This document shows positions 17,174-25,303 of a stretch of 32,000 bases of DNA, piece after piece; position 1 is the first letter of the stretch; each line of letters starts with the position of its first letter. The position numbers and the translations under genes are program-made. The notes under the pieces are model-generated. The model had not been told where the DNA came from and searched no databases. It saw nothing but the letters and a program-made list of their open reading frames with translations. The stretch comes from an uncultured Candidatus Saccharibacteria bacterium (GTDB lineage Bacteria > Patescibacteriota > UBA1384 > XYA2-FULL-43-10 > 1-14-0-10-43-13). Location: NCBI GenBank assembly GCA_964543385.1, contig CAZIYE010000003.1, forward strand, positions 21,590 to 53,589, read 5' to 3'.

Positions 17174-18896
17174 CGGAATCGGTGAGTGTTAGTACAACCG
17201 ATTTGTCTAATTTATTTCCGAATTCTTCCGATAGTTCTTTCTTGGGGATTGCGTCAGAATTCATAGTACAAATATACTGAAAACCAAACTCGTTTGATTT
17301 TTTTTCTGCGAGCTCTAACGCTTTGGCAACTTGCCGTTCATCAACGCCGTCAAATATAGTCGAATCGTGTATCAAGAACGGCTTGCCATCATTAAATCTA
17401 GACCACAGCTCTGCCAACATAAGGTCATAGCAAAATATTTTCATATTGCTAATTCCCTGACTACCGGCTCTCTTGATCTCAACATCAAATTTGTAGCCAA
17501 AATCAGTTGTTTCTATTGAAAGCAATCCCGGCTCTTCATAGAGGTACTCAGAATTTGCATTAAAAATACTGATTGCCCTATCCCTGTTCGGTTTACGATC
17601 ATCAAAGTCTCTTCTCATGCCTTTCAGGAGTTCTTCTTTCCTTATTCTTAAATCTCCAACACCATCATTAAATTTCTTCAGGTTAGCAATCCTTTGATTT
17701 ATCTCGGATAATCTTTGGTTAAGCGAATTACTCCTCTCTTGAAGTTTGGAATATTCGTCCAGTGCCCCTTGTGTTTGAAGAATACTCATCAACTTTGCTT
17801 TATCTTTGGTGAGTTTCTCAACCTGCTCTTTGTCTTCGACAATTTTATCAGACAGTTTTTTTATCTCAGATGATAGATAGTCTCGCCTATTTTTAACTAT
17901 GTCTTTATGAAATGTCTCTATCTCTTCAAATTTTCGTACGGTACCAGACGAAAAGACTGCGCCTGCCTGTTTAAAAATTCTTTCGATTTCTTCCTTTTGA
18001 AAAGAGAAATCTTCCGAGTCATCTTCTTGGTACTTCTTTGACAGCTGCTCATTTAAATTAATTGTATTAAGCAGTGAATGAGTTTGACCCGTAATCGCAT
18101 CAGCTTCTTTTTGAATCTCATAATATTGAGGATGCACAACAAAAGATGATATTTGTTTCCCAACCTTGTTTATCGTTTCCTCGAGACGCACTCTTTCTGC
18201 GTCCAGTTCTCCGAGTGACCCAAAATAATTTTCTAGTAATCCAGAACTAGCTGCTTTTTTAAGTCCACTTAAGGTTTTTTCATCATCTTTAATTAGTTGT
18301 AACTCTGAAGAATACTCCCAATCTAGCCCCAAAAGATAGCTATTGTTTATCTGTACGTCTGACGAGGACTGTCTTGAGAAATGCCGAAATGGCTCGTCAA
18401 AGGAGCCTGTGCCAGTCCTAATAAAATAAGAGATGAGGCTTCTATAGCTTGGATGATAAGAGAAAGTCTCGCTCAATTTTTCTGTAACACCAAATAGAAG
18501 CTTACCCATTGATACATTAAAGTCTTTAGCCTTAAAAACCGAATGTCCGTTTTCGGCTAAATTCGGCTTTGTTAGCCAATCAGAAAAGTCGCCTTCCCCT
18601 TCAATTTCATTTGGAGAAGAAGTATTTCGTAGAAAAGTATAGACTTTTTCACCAAGTTCAACCTTTACAGAAAAAACAACGTTCTCTAGTTCCTCTTTCT
18701 TCAATGACGAATTAAGATTGGCTCCGAGACAAAAATCTACAATATTGATTAGCGTGGTTTTGCCCAGACCGTTTCTTGAATCTTTGCTTTTGGATTCTCT
18801 GGTTCTTTCTGCTATGACCATGTTGAAATTATTATCCGTATTTAAACGGACACTTCGAAAGGTTTCCTTGCTTGAATTTATTTCTAAAACTTTCAT
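17139..18896 (-). CDS. Coiled-coil ABC/SMC-like ATPase of an ABC-3C-type three-component system
   Basis: Walker A is SRNGLGKTTL near the N-terminus. A long heptad-rich insert covers roughly aa 230-430 (EIKKLSDKIVEDKEQVEKLTKDKAKLMSILQ...). A signature-like GSQGISN and Walker B/D-loop PFLIHDSTIFDGVD follow. The start overlaps the preceding small gene (ATGA). Confidence 0.75.
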   Translation of the reverse strand: MKVLEINSSKETFRSVRLNTDNNFNMVIAERTRESKSKDSRNGLGKTTLINIVDFCLGANLNSSLKKEELENVVFSVKVELGEKVYTFLRNTSSPNEIEGEGDFSDWLTKPNLAENGHSVFKAKDFNVSMGKLLFGVTEKLSETFSYHPSYRSLISYFIRTGTGSFDEPFRHFSRQSSSDVQINNSYLLGLDWEYSSELQLIKDDEKTLSGLKKAASSGLLENYFGSLGELDAERVRLEETINKVGKQISSFVVHPQYYEIQKEADAITGQTHSLLNTINLNEQLSKKYQEDDSEDFSFQKEEIERIFKQAGAVFSSGTVRKFEEIETFHKDIVKNRRDYLSSEIKKLSDKIVEDKEQVEKLTKDKAKLMSILQTQGALDEYSKLQERSNSLNQRLSEINQRIANLKKFNDGVGDLRIRKEELLKGMRRDFDDRKPNRDRAISIFNANSEYLYEEPGLLSIETTDFGYKFDVEIKRAGSQGISNMKIFCYDLMLAELWSRFNDGKPFLIHDSTIFDGVDERQVAKALELAEKKSNEFGFQYICTMNSDAIPKKELSEEFGNKLDKSVVLTLTDSDETGCLLGKRF

Positions 18897-19117
18897 CTCT
18901 TTTGAATTAACAATCCATCTCTTAAATCAACCAAGCCAACAGAAAATAAGAAATCCAACCCATAAATAAACTTATCAAACGAATTTATTTCGGGTACCCT
19001 TCTGGATTTTTCCCAAAGCCTTGTGACAGTGGTTGAATCTTGCATAAATGTCAAAATTCTTGCGCTAATACCCATTATTGAATTATTGAATGATATATTT
19101 TTATCTGGAAAAATCAT
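18893..19117 (-). CDS. Small (74 aa) helical middle component of the ABC-3C-type module
   Basis: Its size and position fit: it abuts the HNH gene stop and overlaps the ATPase start by 4 nt. The sequence is helical and has no enzymatic motif. The assignment rests on gene order in the described ABC-3C architecture. Confidence 0.55.
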   Translation of the reverse strand: MIFPDKNISFNNSIMGISARILTFMQDSTTVTRLWEKSRRVPEINSFDKFIYGLDFLFSVGLVDLRDGLLIQKR

Positions 19118-19858
19118 TTACTCCTTTTCAAAAATATCGCAAATCGTGAAAAAATAGGTAAGGACTGACAGCGCTGCTGCTCTATACTCAAATTCATAAT
19201 GACCATTTGAAGCGAAATTCCACATCTCGTAAAACAAATCATCTCCACTGCAACTGCTTCTTGCCTCTTGGTACTTTCCAACAAATTTATTTCTTACTTT
19301 GTTTGAGAAGTTTACATCAGGATGACGATTAAAATAATCTCTAACCTGATTTTCTTGTAACATTCCTATCTTGACCAAGGTTTCAACGCTATTGCTCAGC
19401 TCATTTTTGGCAATTTTTTCTTTCGGGCTAATTACTGTGTAAGAAACTTCGCTTTCAGATGTATCTTTTAGAAAATCAAGTATAACTTCCAAATCTGAGA
19501 ATGTAACATTCAGGACGGCTGATTTCAGTTTGTCTTCAACAGATTTCTCATGTGTTTCTTTTTGCTTGAGCAGCTTTCCGGTTGTATATGTTACCTCGTC
19601 CTTATCAATTTTTGTGTGGCATGTTGGACACAAAACCATCAGATTGCTATTCTTATTCAATAAATCTACAGGATAATTTTTGTCATAGCGTGCAGCCTTC
19701 GGCTTTTCACCATTAATATGAGCCATTTCTCCAATCGGGAAAAGCCCTTTGCTCGTCGAAGAAGATTCTTCGCAAAGTTCACAGTAGCAAATGGCGCAGT
19801 GATTTCCACATTTGCCCCAGACTACTTTTATTTCCGGCTCGTTAATACGCGATGACAT
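19118..19858 (-). CDS. HNH nuclease effector with C-terminal helical domain (ABC-3C effector architecture)
   Basis: Cys cluster CGNHCAICYCELC, then EMAHINGEKP and NLMVLCPTCHTKIDKD, gives the HNH/zinc-finger core. The C-terminal ~130 aa are helical with no other motif. Confidence 0.8.
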   Translation of the reverse strand: MSSRINEPEIKVVWGKCGNHCAICYCELCEESSSTSKGLFPIGEMAHINGEKPKAARYDKNYPVDLLNKNSNLMVLCPTCHTKIDKDEVTYTTGKLLKQKETHEKSVEDKLKSAVLNVTFSDLEVILDFLKDTSESEVSYTVISPKEKIAKNELSNSVETLVKIGMLQENQVRDYFNRHPDVNFSNKVRNKFVGKYQEARSSCSGDDLFYEMWNFASNGHYEFEYRAAALSVLTYFFTICDIFEKE

Positions 19859-19895
19859 ATTATTATTTTAACTGATTAAGGCTCTTTTTCCAATG

Positions 19896-20519
19896 CTATG
19901 GATTCCCACTCAAAAACACTCTGGGATTAACTGGAATCCCAAATATATTGATCTGAAAATGCAGATGAGGGCCTGTTGACCAACCGGTATTGCCTCTGGT
20001 GCCGATTATTTTGCCAAGTTCTACTTCATCGCCCTCTTGAACAGCGATTGAATCCAAATGCCCATAAATAGTGACTATGTGATGTCCATGATCTATCTCA
20101 ACATGCTTGCCAAAGCCAGTGGCTGTCTCTCCGGCATATATTACTTTCCCCTCCATAAAAGCACCGACTGGATCGCCGACTTCATGAGTCGGGCTTGCTA
20201 TGTCAATGCCGGTATGAAAAAGCTGGTAAGGTGAGAGTTGTCCGAACTCTAGCGAGACTGGTCCGGTAATTGGCCAGATTCTTGGCTGAGTGATTGTCTC
20301 GATAACCGAGCCATCTGCTGGATCATGAATCTCGACTAGTGAAGTAATCGGATTGATGGAAGTTAAGACATCAGAGACAAAGTTAAAACCGGCTTGAGTG
20401 AGAAGTATGACCGTAATCACTGGCAATAGACAGATTATAATGACGGTTGTAAAAAGAAGCTTGATCTCTTTCTTCATTGAAAGAAGAGAGACAATCAGCT
20501 TTAGAGTTTGCGGATTCAT
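19896..20519 (-). CDS. Membrane-anchored M23 (LytM-type) peptidoglycan metallopeptidase, T4SS-associated
   Basis: An N-terminal TM segment (LLFTTVIIICLLPVITVILL) is followed by the M23 motifs HTGIDIA, DHGHHIVTIYGHL and GPHLHFQI. It overlaps the virB4 stop by 4 nt. Confidence 0.9.
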   Translation of the reverse strand: MNPQTLKLIVSLLSMKKEIKLLFTTVIIICLLPVITVILLTQAGFNFVSDVLTSINPITSLVEIHDPADGSVIETITQPRIWPITGPVSLEFGQLSPYQLFHTGIDIASPTHEVGDPVGAFMEGKVIYAGETATGFGKHVEIDHGHHIVTIYGHLDSIAVQEGDEVELGKIIGTRGNTGWSTGPHLHFQINIFGIPVNPRVFLSGNP

Positions 20520-22306
20520 TGTTTCTTTACAGCAACTTCGCTTGGGTCGGTAGTGATGAGCGGATGTTCTTTCTCCGAAGCAGTGATCTTAACGGCGACA
20601 TGATGCTGGTCGGCAATAATGAGAGCCTCGCCTCGCTCACAGGTAAGTAAGAACCTTTGCTCGAACTCGCTTAAATGAAACTCCGAGGCGACACCTTTAA
20701 TAGTAGTGGTGTCCTGCCTCATCAAGAGTCTTAGCGAGCTTTGAGAAGCGATAGCGCGGCCATAAGCATTGCCGAGGAAGTCATTAGCCTGCTGGGAGAT
20801 GATGCTTACGCCCAAATAGTACTTTCTAGCCCGCCTGACCAGGCCTGCAACGAATCTGGCACTCTCTTCGTGCTCGAGGAGCAACCAAGCTTCATCGATG
20901 ACGAGGATCCGTTTACAAGGGTCTGATTTGACTTGATTCTGAACAAATTGAGCGATGACCAGATGCATGATCTGGCGCATTGATTCCGGCAGATCCTTGG
21001 TATCGAAAACTACCAATCTGTTATCTAGCTCGATGTTGGTTTGGGTATCGAATACCTTTGAAAGAGATCCGGTCGTATACTTTTCCAGCCGGCGGCAAAG
21101 CTTGACCTGTTTCATAGTTCGAAGTGTGGCATAAAGATCATAGAGTTTCGGATATGTTCTGGCGCTTTTCTTTTTGATTGAGTTTTTCTGCGTCCAACCG
21201 GCTTTTTGGTAAGTCTTGATGATTGCTTTATCGACAACAGATTTTTCTTCGGCAGATAATCCTTCGGCCATGAGCGAGACTATTTCGGTCAATGATTGGA
21301 TATGGTCGGCGAAGCCCTCTTCCTCTGAAAAAGCATTTACTTCCAAGTCAAAGGGATTGATCTTTTCTTTGGAGTGAACTGAGAGCTTGATATTAGTTCC
21401 TCCAACTGACTCGGCGAGCCTTTTGTACTCCCGTTCCGGATCGATGACGATAACCTTTGTTCCTTGCATCAGATGACGCAGGATTTCGACCTTGGCGGTG
21501 TAACTTTTACCTGAGCCAGATTGAGCAAATAGAATACTGTTGGCATTTGGCAAACTAAACCTGTCCAAAATGACTAGCGAACTGTTGGATCTGTTAATCC
21601 CATAGAGTACGCCTGATTCGTGCACTAACTCTGAAGAGATGAAAGGAAAAGTCAAAGCAGCAGACGAGCTATCGAGATTTCTTTTCTGAGCCAGCTGGTT
21701 ATCACATCTTGGGAGTACCGATTGCAAACCCTCGATCTGCTGGAATACTGCTGGTTTGGTATAGAAAAGTCTTGTTGCCAGGACAGTATCAAGGAGCTTG
21801 ATTGTTTTGTTTAATTCAGCGAGTGTTTCTGCTGATAAAGTAATATACAAAGAAACTTGAAAGAGGTTTTCTTGTCCTCGTTGAATCTTATCTCGCAGTT
21901 CCAGCGCTGAGTCTAATGGGTCGGTTAATTCCGAGCTGATAATCTTGCCAGCCCGCTCCATCGCTCTTTTCGTCGATATTAGTTCAGTAATCTTGCGGTT
22001 CAACTTCGGCAAAGCCAAAGTAGCGTCCACCGGCTCGATATGGTAAGCAATATCGACATTGTGATTGAAGTTAATGAGATGATTAAGCCAGCCGCTTGTG
22101 GCAGTATATGGATAGCCAGAGACATAAAGAGTTCGGACATACCGGCCATCAATTTCTAGATGGTTTTCAGTTTCAGTTAATCCTGAATAAGTAATCAGAT
22201 CGAGCTGATCCTGATCGCCGACATGAAAAGAGATAGCGAGATTCTTGTCTTTAGGTTTGTTGGCTGCTTTTGGTTTTCGCTTTGTTTTAGAAAATATTTT
22301 TATCAT
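20516..22306 (-). CDS. virB4: VirB4-family T4SS ATPase (middle plus ATPase domains)
   Basis: Walker A is AQSGSGKSYTAK and Walker B is RILVIDEAWLLL, followed by SIISQQANDF. The upstream VirB4-type segment is GRYVRTLYVSGYPYTATSGWLNHL...DIAYHIEPVD. Confidence 0.9.
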   Translation of the reverse strand: MIKIFSKTKRKPKAANKPKDKNLAISFHVGDQDQLDLITYSGLTETENHLEIDGRYVRTLYVSGYPYTATSGWLNHLINFNHNVDIAYHIEPVDATLALPKLNRKITELISTKRAMERAGKIISSELTDPLDSALELRDKIQRGQENLFQVSLYITLSAETLAELNKTIKLLDTVLATRLFYTKPAVFQQIEGLQSVLPRCDNQLAQKRNLDSSSAALTFPFISSELVHESGVLYGINRSNSSLVILDRFSLPNANSILFAQSGSGKSYTAKVEILRHLMQGTKVIVIDPEREYKRLAESVGGTNIKLSVHSKEKINPFDLEVNAFSEEEGFADHIQSLTEIVSLMAEGLSAEEKSVVDKAIIKTYQKAGWTQKNSIKKKSARTYPKLYDLYATLRTMKQVKLCRRLEKYTTGSLSKVFDTQTNIELDNRLVVFDTKDLPESMRQIMHLVIAQFVQNQVKSDPCKRILVIDEAWLLLEHEESARFVAGLVRRARKYYLGVSIISQQANDFLGNAYGRAIASQSSLRLLMRQDTTTIKGVASEFHLSEFEQRFLLTCERGEALIIADQHHVAVKITASEKEHPLITTDPSEVAVKKQ

Positions 22307-22904
22307 TTGTCTTCCTTATTATCTCCTTAGCTAAAGGCTGAATCTTGGCTTGTTCTGGCCGGTAGAAGCTGTAGAAGAGGTCCAGAATTTCCAAGCTTGT
22401 TAATGGCCGAGCCGTCATGCCGATCTTTTCTAGTCCTTTGATGATGATCTCCTGTTCCAGCATAAGTTGTTCTTTGGCAGTCTGGAAATCCACCTTGCCT
22501 TTATTGTCATGAGGGATAACCAGATAGAACCTGCGGGATAAAATCTTGTTGCCGGAGACCAGCTTCTTGATAAACTCCGAGTAGTTGGCGAGCTGATGTT
22601 TGTAGATCTCTTGCGTTTCGCTCTGCAGTTTGTTGTGAAATTCTTCTAGGTACCGATCAATGTCCAGCTCTCTGATTCGGACTAAGATCTGTACTGGAAT
22701 GGTCAAGCTGTTCAGGAATGCTTGAAAGGCTTCGACGACGACATCCTGCTCTTCCTCGCTTTGGAGTTCAAAGTTAAGAGAGGAAGTGGATAATATTGCC
22801 CGATAACGGTTGTCCGGTAAAACCAGGAGGCCATCTTTGACCTCTTTGATCCCGATCTGGCTTCTGGCCGAACCCTTGATCTTATTGTTGCTTGAGTATG
22901 ACAT
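22287..22904 (-). CDS. Separate ORF resembling the extreme N-terminal domain of Gram-positive VirB4/TrsE/Orf16-type ATPases
   Basis: IKEVKDGLLVLPDNRYRAILSTSSLNFELQSEEEQDVVVEAFQAFLNSLTIPVQILV matches the start of long VirB4 homologues (remembered pattern: pinf-L-s-eE ... f-fLn-l). It overlaps virB4 by 20 nt in another frame. Confidence 0.6.
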   Translation of the reverse strand: MSYSSNNKIKGSARSQIGIKEVKDGLLVLPDNRYRAILSTSSLNFELQSEEEQDVVVEAFQAFLNSLTIPVQILVRIRELDIDRYLEEFHNKLQSETQEIYKHQLANYSEFIKKLVSGNKILSRRFYLVIPHDNKGKVDFQTAKEQLMLEQEIIIKGLEKIGMTARPLTSLEILDLFYSFYRPEQAKIQPLAKEIIRKTNDKNIF

Positions 22905-23388
22905 CTACGCCTCCTTTCTTGGATGGTTTAAAAGAGATGGACAGAGAATCGTTGTCGAAGATCTTATCTATATTGATCGATTCGACTAAGGTTAGGGATT
23001 CTTGTTTATCTTTCTCTGTCATTTTGTTTTGAGTCCGTTCTACTGGAATCGTCACGTTTTCTTTTTCTTCAATAATTTCCCGATAGATCGGATCATTCTT
23101 GGTAAAGATATATTGCCGAGGCCTAGCCTTGAATCGCAAGAAGACGATCAGCCAATCAGCTACAATCTTGCCATTTATTCTTAGCGCCAAGCCGCCGAGG
23201 AATGAAAATTGAAGCAAAATTAGTACAAGCTTAATCTGGGACAAATGCATCTTTGGCGCTAGCATTGCATAGATACCTAAGCCCACGATCATAGAGAAAA
23301 CCAAAAGGACAATTTGTTGCAAGGTGAAGCTTCCAGCGATCCGATCCTCAACAGTGGTAATTTGTGCTGGTACTACCGTAGTCTTCAT
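22882..23388 (-). CDS. PrgI/VirB3-like small T4SS membrane protein
   Basis: The N-terminus is ...TTVEDRIAGSFTLQQIVLLVFSMIVGLGIY, followed by a second TM segment (LVLILLQFSFLGGLAL). It sits immediately upstream of the VirB4 genes, as in Gram-positive T4SS loci. Confidence 0.6.
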   Translation of the reverse strand: MKTTVVPAQITTVEDRIAGSFTLQQIVLLVFSMIVGLGIYAMLAPKMHLSQIKLVLILLQFSFLGGLALRINGKIVADWLIVFLRFKARPRQYIFTKNDPIYREIIEEKENVTIPVERTQNKMTEKDKQESLTLVESINIDKIFDNDSLSISFKPSKKGGVDVILKQQ

Positions 23389-24671
23389 CGAGCCCTCACT
23401 CTCTTGACCGCTTCTTTGGCTGCACCGGCACTAGCTTCACTTTTAACATTGGCACTGCTGATCACATTGATTATCTGTCCGCCGAGTTTCTTCATTGAAT
23501 TGGTTGTACCGCTGGCAAGAGCCAGCTGTACAGTCATGGCCGTACTCTTTAGGAGGATTGAGAATAAGGCAATGCCGATCAGAATTGAGATAACCGGATT
23601 GGCGCCGACCTGATCGGGCACAGTCAGAAATGCTGAGGCTAACTGAATAATCACAACATGGATAAAGACTGTAAAAATTGTGACAAAATATGCCTTGAAT
23701 AGGTTTCCGGCAAAGTCAGCCATACTTGGAATCAAGGCCAAAGAGCAAACCAACGGCGAGATAACGGCGCCAAAGGCTAGGATCATCAGCCTCGAGATGT
23801 AGAACAGCAGTAGGATTGCCGCCAGAACTATGAAGACAATCGTAAAGATTAAAGTTATCAATGCGGTTTGTCCGCTTAGAAGAGCCGCCGGACTAAAAGC
23901 GTTCATAATCCAAGCACTGCCAAGTCCGCCAGTAGCATGAAGTACGGCGTTGACCATTGTTTGGCTAAGCTGAATAATCCAATCAATCAGAAAGATCGAG
24001 GTATTAGCGCCAACAAAGGCTAGAGCTACTTTTGGCCAGATATCTTTCAAAGTCAATTCTTCCATACCGAAGGTTGGAGAACTCATCACCCGAAAACCGA
24101 GAAGAGCAATGACAATGGCAAAGAGCGAATCAGTAATTCCAACCATAATTAGCCAGAAGTTAAAGACAACCGAATTACTGGCCAGCCCTGGCGTACTGGT
24201 CAAAAACCAAGTAATACCATCAAAGACCGGCTTAGTGGCAGACTGGATGATGTTCTGCAGAAAGCCTGAGATAGCGTCCATCAAGACCTGAGCCAGTGAG
24301 TTATCGTGAGGCGCAAGCTGAATTTCGCTAAGGCTCAAAGTAGTGCCGACAGCATTGCCGGCAGGATTAGTCATGGCATCGCCTAAGATTCTAGAAAAGA
24401 CAAAAGCGCCGATGACAATCACCAAACCGATCAATGCATTCTTGATCGTTCTCTTTGCTTCATCGAGTGCCGCCGGATTACCCGTCGAAGTGATATATAA
24501 ATATCCTCCCCTAACGAGGAAGAAAACTGTGGCAACAGAAGCTAGACCGACCAGAGCGGTCATAGCATCATGCGTAAAGTTCTCAACTTCAAGATTGGAT
24601 GCGGCAAAGGCAGTCGCAGGCAGGAAGATAAGTACAGCAAAAAGAATTAATTTTGACCAAAATCTTTTCAT
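23385..24671 (-). CDS. VirB6/TrbL-like polytopic T4SS membrane protein with an N-terminal pilin-like domain
   Basis: It has a signal peptide MKRFWSKLILFAVLIFLPATAFA and several later hydrophobic spans. Residues ~36-105 (VENFTHDAMTALVGLASVATVFFLVRGGYLYITSTGNPAALDEAKRTIKNALIGLVIVIGAFVFS) parallel the adjacent pilin-like protein. Confidence 0.7.
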   Translation of the reverse strand: MKRFWSKLILFAVLIFLPATAFAASNLEVENFTHDAMTALVGLASVATVFFLVRGGYLYITSTGNPAALDEAKRTIKNALIGLVIVIGAFVFSRILGDAMTNPAGNAVGTTLSLSEIQLAPHDNSLAQVLMDAISGFLQNIIQSATKPVFDGITWFLTSTPGLASNSVVFNFWLIMVGITDSLFAIVIALLGFRVMSSPTFGMEELTLKDIWPKVALAFVGANTSIFLIDWIIQLSQTMVNAVLHATGGLGSAWIMNAFSPAALLSGQTALITLIFTIVFIVLAAILLLFYISRLMILAFGAVISPLVCSLALIPSMADFAGNLFKAYFVTIFTVFIHVVIIQLASAFLTVPDQVGANPVISILIGIALFSILLKSTAMTVQLALASGTTNSMKKLGGQIINVISSANVKSEASAGAAKEAVKRVRAR

Positions 24672-24678
24672 CAGCCGA

Positions 24679-25029
24679 TTAATTAAATGCGTTTTTGGCT
24701 AAATCGGTGACGATGTTCGAGATGACAAAGGCAGCGATCGATACTGCAAGACCGATGCTTGAGTAAAGAATCGTTTTTTTTGATTTATCCAAATTCTCAG
24801 GATTTCCAGAACTTGTGATATATCCGATGCCCCCAACTACAAAAAAACCGGCTGCTAACAGGCCGGCAAGTGTGACCAGAACTTGGATAACATTTTGAGC
24901 AAAGTTTTGAACTTTTCCAAGATCCCCAGAATCAGCAAGCGCAGGTGTTGCTGAAAGCAAGAGGACAATTAGTGAGAACCCAATAGAGCAGAGACGTTGT
25001 AACATGACAAACCAACCTTCTCCCCTCAC
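24679..25029 (-). CDS. TrbC/VirB2-like T4SS pilin-like protein
   Basis: A signal-like segment LIVLLLSATPALA precedes two hydrophobic helices that flank GGIGYITSSGNPENLDKSKK. The track start is GTG 25029. ATG at 25003-25005 (MLQRLCS...) is an equally plausible start. Confidence 0.7.
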   Translation of the reverse strand: MRGEGWFVMLQRLCSIGFSLIVLLLSATPALADSGDLGKVQNFAQNVIQVLVTLAGLLAAGFFVVGGIGYITSSGNPENLDKSKKTILYSSIGLAVSIAAFVISNIVTDLAKNAFN

Positions 25030-25174
25030 TTGTTATTTAATTGTTTGCCTTTGTCTACCTAAAGATGAACGAAGGGTAAGCAATTAAACTTTGGAGGAAA
25101 TATTTGTATGAAGTTGTGTGAACTAAGTTCAATATATGTAGCAATTGCTTGCTTGTCAAGAGGCAGTGACAAAT

Positions 25175-25246
25175 TTGACAGATAAACAGTTATTTATATG
25201 ATATTTTCATACATTATTTGACAACTCCTAAATAGTTCGTTAGATT
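25175..25246 (+). promoter_or_regulatory. Two tandem candidate sigma70-type promoters for the coupling-protein gene
   Basis: The first is TTGACA (25175-25180), 16 nt spacer, TATGAT (25197-25202). The second is TTGACA (25218-25223), 17 nt spacer, TAGATT (25241-25246). Both lie upstream of the GTG start at 25304. Confidence 0.4.
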
Positions 25247-25303
25247 GTAGCCAATTGCTTCAATAAGTTTTAAGTAGCTTAATGGAGGTGGGAAAGGGGC
25301 TAA

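Noticed and set aside
24774-24781. A8/T8 homopolymer inside the pilin-like gene (also at 16982-16989 and 17298-17305) as slipped-strand phase-variation switches
   Set aside because: These runs arise from consecutive AAA Lys codons in an AT-rich genome. They are at the short end for slippage, and all current copies are in frame. There is no evidence of variability in a single sequence.
25030-25140. Specific -35/-10 promoter for the minus-strand T4SS operon (for example TTGAAC, 17-18 nt spacer, TACAAA on the minus strand, around 25101-25134)
   Set aside because: Its match to consensus is weak and several equally poor alternatives exist. A promoter must lie in this region, but I cannot pin it down from sequence.
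25108-25185. 25-codon ORF (MKLCELSSIYVAIACLSRGSDKFDR) with a GGAGG about 10 nt upstream in the divergent control region
   Set aside because: It is very short with no recognisable features, and it overlaps the candidate operator and -35 elements. Its coding status cannot be supported from sequence alone. It is noted only as a possible leader peptide.
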